This document shows positions 1-9,148 of a DNA stretch of 43,572 nucleotides, one piece after another; positions within the stretch are counted from its first letter, which is position 1, and every line of letters starts with the position of its first letter. Position numbers and translations under genes: made by a program. Source of the DNA: an uncultured delta proteobacterium (GTDB lineage Bacteria; Desulfobacterota; Syntrophobacteria; BM002); assembly GCA_963712115.1 (NCBI GenBank), contig CAVQGX010000052.1, positions 1 through 43,572 on the forward strand, given 5' to 3'. Below the pieces are notes generated by a model that made no database searches, was not told the DNA's origin, and saw only the letters and a list, made by a program, of their open reading frames with translations.

Positions 1-140
1 GCATCTACAACTCCCACCAGCAGTTTATCTGGCGCGGCCTTATCGTCCTGTGCAATGGAATTGACAGGCAACAAGGTAAAAATCCAGAGCATTACTATTC
101 CCAGAACTCTTGCGATGGCCATTTTATGATTCTGTGACAC
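1..140 (-). CDS. N-terminus of an exported protein, possibly a family-3 substrate-binding protein (runs off the window)
   Basis: Read manually on the minus strand: SD GGAGGTG, then GTG at 140, giving (M)SQNHKMAIARVLGIVMLWIFTLLPVNSIAQDDKAAPDKLLVGVVD. This is a signal peptide followed by an LxVGV strand. The product is a guess. Confidence 0.55.
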   Translation of the reverse strand, partial: MSQNHKMAIARVLGIVMLWIFTLLPVNSIAQDDKAAPDKLLVGVVD

Positions 141-600
141 TATGTTCACCTCCGATCCTATGGTTAGGAATACAACCGGTCATAGGATAAACACTGCTGG
201 TCACAGTGCTCGGAGGAACATACCAAACCTGCATCTCTGCTTTCAACCGATAGTCCTCACTCCGAAAAAATATGAACGGACGCCTGATATCGTAGTTTAA
301 GCTAGTCTTTGCGAGTTGTAGGTCTCTTGGGAATATGTAAACATTTCAGAATTTATAGATATGAAAAGCATATGTTAAAGCTAATTCAGTGAGCCGTGAG
401 GACTTGCCCCTGGGCACCGGATTGTCTTTTGAGCCGGATGTGGATCATCATTTGTAGCAGATGAGCTACAGACCAAAAAAGAGGGTCGAGATTGGGAGAA
501 AGGCAAAAAAACAAAAACGTCCCTCTTTACTCTTTATACTTCGCTGACCTGCTGTCTGGCGATGAGATTTTTGATTCAGAATGGGCAAAGTAATAATGCC

Positions 601-637
601 TTGCATCTCTTGCCCACATTGGTTACACTGTAATACA
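601..637 (+). promoter_or_regulatory. sigma70-type promoter and palindromic operator of the TA operon
   Basis: TTGCAT-17 nt-TACACT at 601-629. The palindrome TGTAATACA (629-637) overlaps the start site, as expected for ribbon-helix-helix antitoxin autoregulation. Confidence 0.6.
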
Positions 638-660
638 TTAAAATACAATGGAGGTGATGT

Positions 661-879
661 ATGAGCAAGGCTATTTCGATAAGAATTCCTGACGATCTGG
701 CGTCAAAACTAGCTGAAATTGCAAAGGAAACAGAAAGGCCCAAATCATTCCATGTTCAAAAAGCCTTGGAAGCATATCTGGCCGACTTGGCAGATCTGCA
801 GATCGCAATCGACCGGCTTCATGATTCATCCGATCCTGTTCTTACCATTGAAGATATGAGGAAAGAGCTTGAGCTATAA
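661..879 (+). CDS. Type II antitoxin, ribbon-helix-helix (CopG/RelB-like)
   Basis: N-terminal ISIRIPDDL..KL..IAKETERPKS RHH pattern, acidic tail, SD GGAGGTG, overlaps the downstream toxin. Confidence 0.85.
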   Translation: MSKAISIRIPDDLASKLAEIAKETERPKSFHVQKALEAYLADLADLQIAIDRLHDSSDPVLTIEDMRKELEL

Positions 880-1120
880 GATAGCATTCAAGAAGTCGGT
901 TTCTCGTGACCTCAAGAAGATAGGCAAAGATCAGGCGGAGAGGATCTTAAGAGAAATCGAAGAAAAACTTCCTGAAAAAGCAGACACCTTCCCATCCTTG
1001 ACAGGAAGATTTACAGGTCTTCGGAAATTTCGCGTAGGTGACTACCGGGTGATTTACGCAATCATCGAAGACACTGCGCTTATTCTCAGAATTAGTCACC
1101 GGCGGGAATCCTATAGATAA
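869..1120 (+). CDS. relE: RelE/ParE family toxin
   Basis: 83 aa basic protein with YKIAF..SV.RDLKK, RKFRVGDYRVIY and C-terminal HRRESY motifs. Confidence 0.9.
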   Translation: MSYKIAFKKSVSRDLKKIGKDQAERILREIEEKLPEKADTFPSLTGRFTGLRKFRVGDYRVIYAIIEDTALILRISHRRESYR

Positions 1121-1530
1121 GGATTTGACTCGCACTCAGAACAAACCCTCCAGTCGAGTGCTGCTCAAGAGCACTGTTGCCCGGTATTCGTCTCTACTAA
1201 TTTGGGATTGGCTGATGATGAGATCCAGCTCCTGGCGTCAGCCGCTGCAGTCTGAGGTCGGACCAAGACAACAGTCTGAAATGACGGTGAAAATCTGGGC
1301 TTAGAGGCTCATTTTTGCTATCGAAAATAGCCTTCTAGAGGGCAGGTGGCCTGGAGAAGAGGAAACCCAGTATTTGTTACAGCTGCTATTTTGAGTGCAA
1401 AAATGCCACCCTAAGCCCTGGAATTGGTTATTCTTGGCAGGTGTTCCTAGAAATATAATGTTTGTAGCTTCGTCCCACCAAAAGCGGCAGGTGATGATCA
1501 TTAGTCAAGTAGATTTTCTAGGTGTCCAAG

Positions 1531-1851
1531 TTATTGGGTCGCGAAGCCATAGTTATTACTGCTGTCAATAGCTGTAACTTTAGGGCCAGTGAATCTCAGT
1601 ATCCTCATTGTTTTACCGCTACCTTGATTGTAGGTCCAAACGTCAGCTCCCCCCGTTGCATAACGTCCCGGTGTTTCTAATGTAGGGGAACCGCACTTCT
1701 TCAAAATATCGGTTTTAGTATCACCGACACGCACAAGCTTGGTTCCACACCTGAATGAATAAAATGCCTCAGCCACATTTGGAACCGCCATCATTATTGT
1801 CAGCCCTAATATTAACACTGCCCCAAGCAGGGCGGATGATCTTGTTTTCAT
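1531..1851 (-). CDS. Secreted DUF2845-like protein
   Basis: Start moved to MKTRSS (SD GGAGG upstream). Signal peptide followed by FRCGTKLVRVGD....ILKKCGSP...WTYN pattern. Confidence 0.75.
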   Translation of the reverse strand: MKTRSSALLGAVLILGLTIMMAVPNVAEAFYSFRCGTKLVRVGDTKTDILKKCGSPTLETPGRYATGGADVWTYNQGSGKTMRILRFTGPKVTAIDSSNNYGFATQ

Positions 1852-2108
1852 GATTCGTCCTCCATTTCCTGTGATTTGCCTCCCAAGAAGCGAGATCGAG
1901 GGAGGCCATAGCAAGCAAATATAACTGTGATGTAAGATTAAGCACCAATCTGGCCGAAGTCAACAAAAGGAAGGATCTGAAAACTCTCAGGCCTTAAGTT
2001 TAAGACACTGAAAATGCGCCCCTGGTGGCGGCATGGTAGTGGGGTGGGGCAAGTAATTGGAGGTGGTTGTTGTGGAAAATAATCGTTACATTCCCCGCAC
2101 TATGTAGT

Positions 2109-2142
2109 GTAAAGGGGTCAAGTCTACGTTTGACCCCTTTAC
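2109..2142. repeat. Perfect 13-bp inverted repeat (REP-like palindrome)
   Basis: GTAAAGGGGTCAA-gtctacgt-TTGACCCCTTTAC. Confidence 0.7.
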
Positions 2143-2263
2143 TTTACAAGAGTATTGTCTAGTTGCATATTGACCCTCACGAATTATAAGATATGAAGGT
2201 CATGACGGTTCTGATCGCAACCGGAGGTTGCTCCTACAAACAGGCAATTAGGTAGATGAGACT

Positions 2264-2746
2264 ATGGAAGAGATAACCTATCGTCCTATTGGAATCATTC
2301 GTTCTCCATACAAAGAGACCGAAGGTACACCAATTCAGACAACTGGTGCAAAGGGAGTAGGCGGCACGGTTGAAATACTCCCCGAGCGCGCTGAAGGATT
2401 AAAGGATCTAGATGGTTTTTCACACATAATTCTCATCTACCACTTCCATCTCTCCAAGGGGTACTCGCTGACGGTAAAACCTTTTCTGGATGATACCCCC
2501 CGAGGGGTGTTTTCCACCAGGGCTCCCAAACGTCCCAATGCAATTGGTATCTCGGTTGTAAGGTTGGTGAAGATCGAGGGAGACACACTTCATATCGAGG
2601 ATGTCGATATTGTCGACTCCACTCCTTTGCTGGACATCAAACCCTATGTGCCCGAGTTTGATGCAAAAGAGGCGGAGCGGATAGGTTGGCTGGCTGGCAG
2701 GGCAGAAAAGGCAGCCGAAACAGGTGCGGATGAGAGGTTTAAATAG
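2264..2746 (+). CDS. trmO: tRNA (t6A37) N6-methyltransferase TrmO/TsaA
   Basis: PIGIIRSPY, GLKDLDGFSHI, RGVFSTRAPKRPNAIGIS and TPLLDIKPY motifs. Confidence 0.92.
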   Translation: MEEITYRPIGIIRSPYKETEGTPIQTTGAKGVGGTVEILPERAEGLKDLDGFSHIILIYHFHLSKGYSLTVKPFLDDTPRGVFSTRAPKRPNAIGISVVRLVKIEGDTLHIEDVDIVDSTPLLDIKPYVPEFDAKEAERIGWLAGRAEKAAETGADERFK

Positions 2747-2773
2747 AGTCCGTAGTTCGTCATCCGTTGTGAA

Positions 2774-3070
2774 GGGCATGGAGCATGGGGCATGGGGCAT
2801 GGGGCATGGAGTAAAGCGAGACGAGCGAGACGGGAGGTCGGGCGAGACGGGGAAAAAAGAAAGAGGTCAGAGGTCGGAGATCAGAGGTCGAAGGTCAGAG
2901 GTCAGAGATCAGATTGTAGATTGCGGATTGGGGAATTTGGGATTTGAGATATGGGATGTGGGATGTGAGATTTCGGATTGGCGGATGTTCAGCGATTTAA
3001 AAGATCAATAACCCATAACCCATTATCTTAACTTTAGGCATTTTAGACACTTTAGTTCATTTTAGGCATT
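2774..3070. repeat. Stack of six different short tandem arrays
   Basis: (GRGCATG)x5, GCGAGACG(G), (AGAGGTC)x7, AGATTGY/GRGATKT, (ATAACCC)x2 and (AYTTTAGRC)x4 in succession. Confidence 0.9.
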
Positions 3071-3087
3071 CAATACTGGAGCGTACC

Positions 3088-3492
3088 ATGACAAGCATTT
3101 TCCGAACTCTTTCTCTGGTTTTTGCAGCCGGATGTGTGGGCGCAGTGGCAAATAGCTTAATTGTCTGGCTTTTTGGTGATCTGGGTATAAATGCGGCACT
3201 GGGGGTGAAAATTGCGCCAAAACTGACACCTGCCTGGCTCTATCCCCGCATAGTCTGGGGCGGATTGTGGGGATTTTTGTTCTTGCTGCCCATACTCCGC
3301 AGTTCATTGCTGGCTCGCGGCCTCCTTTTCAGTCTGGGACCATCTCTGGTCATGTTCTTTGTGATCTTTCCAATGAAGGCTAAAAAAGGCATGTTCGGCC
3401 TTGACCTGGGGAGCATGACTCCGGTGCTGGTGCTATTTTTTAATGCAGTGTGGGGTGTGACCGCTGCGATATGGCTTAGATTTAGCAAATAG
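3088..3492 (+). CDS. Hypothetical membrane protein (about 4 TM)
   Basis: Hydrophobic 134 aa ORF with WLYPRIVWGGLWG and NAVWG; SD GGAG upstream. Confidence 0.8.
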   Translation: MTSIFRTLSLVFAAGCVGAVANSLIVWLFGDLGINAALGVKIAPKLTPAWLYPRIVWGGLWGFLFLLPILRSSLLARGLLFSLGPSLVMFFVIFPMKAKKGMFGLDLGSMTPVLVLFFNAVWGVTAAIWLRFSK

Positions 3493-3501
3493 GCGAATAA
3501 G

Positions 3502-3741
3502 ATCTCTCGCCCGAGCCCTGCGGGCTCTCGAGCCCTCAGAGGACTCAGAGAAAAAGATTGAGTGCACATACTCGGATCGCTTAAAAACTCCCGCCAAGGC
3601 GGGAGGTCCCGATAAAGCTTTAATGGGACAAAAAGGGGAGGACTTTATGCTTTTAAGCGATCCATGAATCGCTTGCTACATTGCCCAATTCATTTTGGTG
3701 TTTTTGAGTTCTCAGAGTTCTCCGTGATCTCTGTGAGAGAT
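3502..3741. repeat. MITE-like palindromic element
   Basis: Ends ATCTCTCGC / GTGAGAGAT. Internal perfect inverted repeat GGATCGCTTAAAA (3574-3586) / TTTTAAGCGATCC (3651-3663). Hairpins at 3588-3605 and 3606-3629. Confidence 0.6.
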
Positions 3742-3766
3742 TAGCAGGTAGGGGAGGGCACTATCG

Positions 3767-4023
3767 TTTTAGAGATTGCAGATTTCAGAATGCAGATTGT
3801 AGATTTGAGAAGGCATAGAGCATAGGGCATGGAGTCTGAGGTCAGAGGTCAGAGATCAATGATTTCCGATTGCGAACTGCGAGTTTTGTATTCTGATTCT
3901 TTAATTTCGAAATTCGAAAATAAAACGTTCGAAATGGTTAGCTACTGGCTGCTGGATTCTTTGATCTCGGATTGAAGAATCTATGCTTTCAAGCTTTTTC
4001 AATCTACAATCTACAATCTTAAA
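3767..4023. repeat. Nested stack of heptamer arrays abutting the lon stop codon
   Basis: Outer inverted arms AGATTGY-type (3767-3808) and CAATCTA-type (3999-4023). Inner arrays GRGCATR, AGAGGTC and TTCGAAA. Confidence 0.85.
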
Positions 4024-6375
4024 TCATGCGGGTTCGAGGGCTACTTCCAGGGCCTCGGGCATTGCCCTCACCAGGTGAAACTGCATTGATTTCCGCACCG
4101 GTTCAGGCACATCCGGCAGATCCTTTTGATTGACGAAAGGCAGGATTACCTCCCGAATACCCGCACGGTGAGCGGCGAGTACCTTCTCTTTGATACCCCC
4201 TACAGGAAGGACATCGCCCCTGAGAGTGATCTCACCGGTCATTGCCACATCTCTCCGAACTTGCCTAGCGCTAACCAAGGAAGCCAGGGTAACTAACATG
4301 GCGATACCGGCGGATGGTCCATCTTTGGGTATTGCCCCGGCAGGCACGTGAATGTGGATGTCCGAGTTCTCAAAGAGCTTCTCTTCGATGCCCAGTTCAG
4401 CGGCATGGGCACGAATGTAGGTCAGGGCGGCGGTGGCAGACTCCTTCATAACCTCACCAAGTTGACCTGTAAGGGAGAGACTACCTTTTCCTCTCATCCT
4501 GGCTGCCTCGATAAAAATTAGGTCACCACCGGTAGGAGTCCAGGCAAGACCGGTTGCTAATCCGGGCCCCCAGGAGCGGGCCGCAAGTTCAGGAATGAAC
4601 TTGACCGGTCCCAGAAATTTCTCCAGATCGTCAGAGCCAATCCTGGTTGTCTCTTCACGGCCCGCAGCCACCTCTTTAGCCACACCTCTGCAGACGGCGG
4701 CTATTTCTCGTTCGAGGTTGCGAACCCCCGCCTCACGCGTGTGAGAACGGATTATCGTCCGGATAGCGTCGTCCTCCCATTCAATAAGATCAGCTTTTAA
4801 CCCGTGGGCCTCAATCTGTTCGGGGAGAAGATAGCGCTTGGCGATCATGAGCTTGTCTTCTTCAGTGTAACCGGGTAACTCCATGACCTCCATGCGGTCG
4901 CGCAGGGCAGGGGGGATAGTGTCCAAAATATTGGCGGTGGTGATGAACATCACCTTTGACAGGTCAATGGGCACTTCGAGATAGTGATCGGAGAAAGAAT
5001 GGTTTTGTTCGGGATCGAGCACCTCCAGAAGGGCGGAGGAAGGATCGCCACGAAAGTCGGTGCCCACCTTGTCGATTTCGTCAAGCATGAAGACCGGGTT
5101 ATTGGCGCCGGCTTTTCTAAGACCTTGGACTATACGCCCTGGAAGGGCGCCCACGTAAGTGCGCCGATGTCCGCGGATCTCAGCCTCGTCCCTTACTCCA
5201 CCCAGGGAGAGGCGGATGAATTTGCGTCCGAGGGTGCGGGCTATGGATTGTCCCAGAGAAGTTTTGCCAACCCCCGGTGGACCCACGAAACAGAGAATGG
5301 GACCCTTCATATCCTGTTTGAGCTTGCGCACTGCCAGATATTCCACAATGCGCTTTTTTACCTTTTCAAGGTTGTAATGGTCAGCGTCAAGGGTTTCTTG
5401 GGCAGCAATAATGTCCAAAGTATCTTCAGTGGAGACTTCCCAGGGAAGTTCTAATAACCAGTCCAGGTAAGTGCGGGAAACGGTGTACTCAGCGGCAGCT
5501 GGCGGCATTCTGCTCAAGCGATCCAGTTCCTTGCCGGCCACCTTTTTTACCTCCTCGGGCATATCCGTTTCGGCCAGCCTGTTTTTCAGTTCATCGATCT
5601 CCACGGTTCGTTCATCGGCCTCGCCCAACTCCTTTTGAATAGCCTTGAGTTGTTCGCGGAGCATATAGTCTCGTTGAGTTTTATCCATGCCATCCTTGAC
5701 TTTTTTCTGGATTTCCTGGCTCAGTTCAAGAGTCTCCAGTATCTCATTCAGCCGGATGGTCAGCTTATCCAGAACCGTTCTAGTTTCCAGGGTTTCCAAT
5801 ATTTCTTGGGCCTCAGCCAACTTGAGATCCAAATTGGATGCCACCAAGTAGATGAGGGGATAGGGTCCTTCGACATTTGCGGCCACCATGGCAAGCTCTG
5901 GAGGCATGTTGGTCAGTTCGACAACTCGCTGGAAGAGGTTACGAATGTTGAGCACCATGGCCTCGATTTCTTTGCCCGTCTCGACGATTTCTTCGATCGG
6001 TTCCACCCGGGCGACCAGGTAAGGTTCCTCTTGTATCGTTTCCAGCAGCCGGACTTTTTTTGAGGTGCGAACCAGGAGGTGATAGTGGCCTTCGGGAGAG
6101 CGCATCATTTTTACAATGAAAACTGCGACTCCCATCCGATATAGATCCATCAAGGCAGGTTTTTCGACCTTGTCGTCTCTTTGGGCCACAGCGACCAGTA
6201 CTCTATCCTTGACCAGTGCGTCGTCCACTAGTTTGATGTGTTCAGGTCGGCTTATCATCAAAGGAACGGTGAGTTCGGGAAAAAGGACCCCGCGGTGCAG
6301 AGGCAGCACCGGTAGCTGTTCGGGTATTTGCTGTTCTTCTTCATTACCTTCAATATTTACAGCTTCTTCAGCCAT
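4024..6375 (-). CDS. lon: Lon ATP-dependent protease
   Basis: LON N-domain (LPVLPL), Walker [20 protein letters not shown], catalytic PKDGPSAG and GGIKEK. Confidence 0.97.
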   Translation of the reverse strand: MAEEAVNIEGNEEEQQIPEQLPVLPLHRGVLFPELTVPLMISRPEHIKLVDDALVKDRVLVAVAQRDDKVEKPALMDLYRMGVAVFIVKMMRSPEGHYHLLVRTSKKVRLLETIQEEPYLVARVEPIEEIVETGKEIEAMVLNIRNLFQRVVELTNMPPELAMVAANVEGPYPLIYLVASNLDLKLAEAQEILETLETRTVLDKLTIRLNEILETLELSQEIQKKVKDGMDKTQRDYMLREQLKAIQKELGEADERTVEIDELKNRLAETDMPEEVKKVAGKELDRLSRMPPAAAEYTVSRTYLDWLLELPWEVSTEDTLDIIAAQETLDADHYNLEKVKKRIVEYLAVRKLKQDMKGPILCFVGPPGVGKTSLGQSIARTLGRKFIRLSLGGVRDEAEIRGHRRTYVGALPGRIVQGLRKAGANNPVFMLDEIDKVGTDFRGDPSSALLEVLDPEQNHSFSDHYLEVPIDLSKVMFITTANILDTIPPALRDRMEVMELPGYTEEDKLMIAKRYLLPEQIEAHGLKADLIEWEDDAIRTIIRSHTREAGVRNLEREIAAVCRGVAKEVAAGREETTRIGSDDLEKFLGPVKFIPELAARSWGPGLATGLAWTPTGGDLIFIEAARMRGKGSLSLTGQLGEVMKESATAALTYIRAHAAELGIEEKLFENSDIHIHVPAGAIPKDGPSAGIAMLVTLASLVSARQVRRDVAMTGEITLRGDVLPVGGIKEKVLAAHRAGIREVILPFVNQKDLPDVPEPVRKSMQFHLVRAMPEALEVALEPA

Positions 6376-6392
6376 GAAAAACTCCTCATTTT

Positions 6393-6455
6393 AGCGTCCA
6401 GCGATCAGCTTTCAGCCATTTTTTTAAAGGCTGGAAATTGCTAGCCGATAGCTGA
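6393..6455. repeat. Inverted heptamer arrays between hsp20 and lon
   Basis: AGCGTCC AGCGATC AGCTTTC AGCC ... GGCTG..GCTAGCCGATAGCTGA. Confidence 0.55.
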
Positions 6456-6899
6456 TTATTCATCCGACTTGATGGATACGGATGTTGATGTCCGAGCTTT
6501 CTTAGGCAAATTGATTACCAGAAAACCATCGCGGTAGGTTGAGCTGGCTCCTTCAGAATCAATCGGTACTGGTAGCCGAAAGCTGTTGCTAAAGGGGCCA
6601 AAATCTATTTCCATGTGATGGACACGGTTGACGTTTTTTTCCGTTGGGCGGCATCTGTTGCCCCTCAAGCGCACAGTATCCCCGTCAACTACAACTTCCA
6701 CATCCTTTGGCTTGATGCCAGCAAGGTCCACCAGTACAATGAGCTCGTCAGAAGTCTCGTAGAGATCCAATGAAGGGCGCCAACCGGCGTCGCCGCACAA
6801 TGTGGCCGCACCAGGACGTGATGGAGAGCCAAGCATCTTCTCCATGCGTTGGCGCATGCGGTCAAATTCCTTTTCGATCTCATCGTCGAACCATTTCAT
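6456..6899 (-). CDS. Hsp20/alpha-crystallin small heat-shock protein
   Basis: WRPSLDLYET, DLAGI, MEIDFGPF...FRLP and YRDGFLVINLPK motifs. Start set to MKWF (SD GGAGG). Confidence 0.92.
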   Translation of the reverse strand: MKWFDDEIEKEFDRMRQRMEKMLGSPSRPGAATLCGDAGWRPSLDLYETSDELIVLVDLAGIKPKDVEVVVDGDTVRLRGNRCRPTEKNVNRVHHMEIDFGPFSNSFRLPVPIDSEGASSTYRDGFLVINLPKKARTSTSVSIKSDE

Positions 6900-7112
6900 A
6901 AATTCCTCCAGGACCAAAAGTGGAGTGGTTATAACTTATCCCCGGCTGCTGGATGGACACTAATTTAGGATATCTAAAGATAGAGAGCAACCAAGTTGCA
7001 AATAAGTTAATAACGCTTTGTAATTTTTCAAGAGATGGTAGGAATACAAAAGGGGACGCCCCTATTTCCTGACTGCAGCGAGTGGCTATACAGCGCGGCA
7101 GGATAAGCAGCA

Positions 7113-7237
7113 TTAGACTCTCGGAACAGACAGACCGCGGCAGATTTTCTTTGCCAACTTGTCGGAAATCTCGGTGTGACGGGGCACAGGTCCACTTGGC
7201 CAGTTCGGGGGTTGCACCAGAGGGAAAGATAGCGCAT
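7113..7237 (-). pseudogene. Chimeric toxin remnant: Doc-like start fused to a frameshifted HicA C-terminal half
   Basis: The ATG overlaps the antitoxin stop (TGATG) and reads MRYLSL-WCNPRTGQV. After a 1-nt shift it reads VPRHTEISDKLAKKICRGLSVPRV*. VPRH.EI...LA.KI is the HicA signature; MRYL(S/T)L is a typical Doc/Fic start. Confidence 0.7.
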
Positions 7238-7434
7238 CAAGCTAACCGCTTGTATAGCTCCTTGTTCTTGGACAATACCTTACGCATCGCAGCGTCGAAC
7301 TCAGGCTCAGGCTGAGCGAGCAAATCTTCTATGGAAGCCGTGACAAACTCGTCTAATGAAATACCATATTTCTCAGCCTTCTCTTGGAGAAGAGCAGCCT
7401 TGGAGTCGTCTAGTTGCACCGTGATCGTCGTCAT
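7237..7434 (-). CDS. Small antitoxin-like DNA-binding protein (Doc-partner type)
   Basis: 65 aa with an RHH-like N-terminus (MTTITVQL..L.EKA..YGIS), C-terminal VLSKNKELYKRLA and SD AGGAGG. Confidence 0.75.
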   Translation of the reverse strand: MTTITVQLDDSKAALLQEKAEKYGISLDEFVTASIEDLLAQPEPEFDAAMRKVLSKNKELYKRLA

Positions 7435-7506
7435 GAAGTAAGCCTCCTAAGATCGGAATGTCCCTAGGATACTCGAAAGCCTGTTTTTTAGCAAATTTAC
7501 TCGATC

Positions 7507-7567
7507 AGATAACGGCCGAGCTCAGCAGCCCTAAGCGAACGGAGCCGACTGTAGCGAGTGGTTAGCC
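7507..7567 (-). mobile_element. Integron attC-like recombination site
   Basis: Minus strand GGCTAAC-CACTCGCTACAGTCGG...GCTGCTGAGCTCGGCC-GTTATCT, 61 bp. The R'' AAC overlaps the upstream gene's stop codon and the R' GTT box is present. Confidence 0.75.
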
Positions 7568-8023
7568 GAACTTGGGTTCAATCCCTACGAACCAAGCCAG
7601 GGACAAAACAATGCCGCTTCCCAGTAAACAGCCGGACATCTTGCCTAAGGCCGTTGTAACGGGCTCTCTGGATTCTTCAATTCCGCGAGCGCGGAGCCAT
7701 TGAGCGATACTTCCCTCGAAGAAACCGGCAACTGAATCGGTTAGTGCATCACCTACTACTCCACCGGCTACGGCACCAGCTACGCCGAAGACGACACCAC
7801 CCCAAAGAGCAGGGACGGTTAAAAGACCGGTGTCTATGACGCCAAAAATCAAATCAGGCGTGGCACTCAGAAAGGAACGGCCGGAGAAAAACAGGCCAAG
7901 CACTGGGAAAACTGTAAGGCCAAGAACTATGGGTCCAGTGGGCAAACGGTATTTTAGAGATAGAACCGCGAGAATCGCCACAGAAATGGTAATGATGCCT
8001 ACATACGAAGCTTTTTTGATCAT
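7562..8023 (-). CDS. Hypothetical membrane protein (probable gene cassette)
   Basis: 153 aa hydrophobic, Gly-rich ORF that ends inside the attC R'' box. Confidence 0.75.
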   Translation of the reverse strand: MIKKASYVGIITISVAILAVLSLKYRLPTGPIVLGLTVFPVLGLFFSGRSFLSATPDLIFGVIDTGLLTVPALWGGVVFGVAGAVAGGVVGDALTDSVAGFFEGSIAQWLRARGIEESREPVTTALGKMSGCLLGSGIVLSLAWFVGIEPKFG

Positions 8024-8245
8024 AGTAATTCTCTTAGTTGAAGTTCGACCAACCTTAGAGTATGCGCCGTATCTGCCTTTCTTTCAAAATCCAGGATTTA
8101 CTGCTGCAGAGATCATGCAGACTCACAAGTGGTGGCATCCATAAGTAAGTAACTCTTGATGCTCCGGCAGATGTCAACCTATTTATGGATCCCCTAGCCC
8201 GGATGTTTCATGAATTGCTGTCGCGAGACCATGAAGATGGGCGGG

Positions 8246-9016
8246 CTAGAGGTTGAACGGCAATAGACGGCCGGCGGCTAGCTCCAACTCTCTTTGCAAC
8301 CGCTCCCAGACTGTATCCATAATGGTTTTCAGATTGACCACGTCGGCCTCATTGTAGAGAAGGAGCTTTTGCAGAGCGTCCCCGTTTCCCTGCCGATATT
8401 CGTGCCAGAGGACAACAGCCTCATATCCGGTCATCTCCTGAATTTCCGGGGATCTCGCAATACCAAAAAGGGGCTCAATACTTTTTAGGCCGCCGCGATA
8501 GCCGAGCCTACGCACCACATGTAGCAAGTCGATATGAGCCTGGCGAAATTGCAGGTTGCGGAAAAAGCTGGAGATAAAAGGAAGATCGAACCTGCTGCCA
8601 TTGAAGGTGACCAAAAGGTCGTAGGACTCCATGGCATCCTCGAATTCATCCATATTCTGACCATTGATAAAGTGGTAAGTATGTTGGCCGTCGTAAAGAC
8701 CGATCACGGTAATTTCATGGCCGTAGATCGTCACACCTGTGGTTTCGATATCCAAGAAAGCACAATTGTGCCGGAAATCTCTGTAGAGTCGCCAGCGTTC
8801 TGATGGAGGCAGTATTTTTTGAAAATAAGAGGCTTGGTCCCGGTGCTCTCTGGATTCCTGGAGGCGGGACTTCATCAGTCTGCGGTTTTGCCTGTTGCCG
8901 GGCCAATGGTCGAGGTGCAGCTCGAGTTCGTCCCAGGTTAGAATGGACTGGCGCCAGAGGTTGATTTCTGTCTTTGGCCCTATAAGGGGCAAGTGTAAGA
9001 ATGTATTTTCTAGCAT
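8246..9016 (-). CDS. RNase H-like (YprB/RNase_H_2) exonuclease-domain protein
   Basis: FLDIETTG, LVTFNGSRFDLPF, GGLKSIE and YNEADV acidic motifs. Confidence 0.88.
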   Translation of the reverse strand: MLENTFLHLPLIGPKTEINLWRQSILTWDELELHLDHWPGNRQNRRLMKSRLQESREHRDQASYFQKILPPSERWRLYRDFRHNCAFLDIETTGVTIYGHEITVIGLYDGQHTYHFINGQNMDEFEDAMESYDLLVTFNGSRFDLPFISSFFRNLQFRQAHIDLLHVVRRLGYRGGLKSIEPLFGIARSPEIQEMTGYEAVVLWHEYRQGNGDALQKLLLYNEADVVNLKTIMDTVWERLQRELELAAGRLLPFNL

Positions 9017-9024
9017 AACAAAAT

Positions 9025-9060
9025 GGTCATTGGGTCATTAGGTCATTAAGTCATTATGTC
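9025..9060. repeat. Octamer array (RGTCATTR)x4.5, downstream arm flanking the four-helix-bundle gene
   Basis: GGTCATTG GGTCATTA GGTCATTA AGTCATTA TGTC. Confidence 0.9.
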
Positions 9061-9148
9061 GTTTCATGATCCGCGAATGGGATCGTTTCATTTCGCCTTA
9101 ATTCATTCGTCACTAGGTCAATAGATCTAATCTTGTGGGTTTCAGTGA

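Noticed and set aside
2724-3011. 95-aa ORF (…GMEHGAWGMGHG…RGQRSEIRGRRSEVR…)
   Set aside because: It is only the translation of the stacked heptamer arrays.
6900-7035. Heat-shock regulatory site upstream of hsp20
   Set aside because: CTTGAAA is present, but there is no CCCCAT -10, CIRCE or HAIR match that I can support.
7028-7240. 70-aa ORF as an intact gene
   Set aside because: It is better explained as the frameshifted doc/hicA scar running on out of frame.
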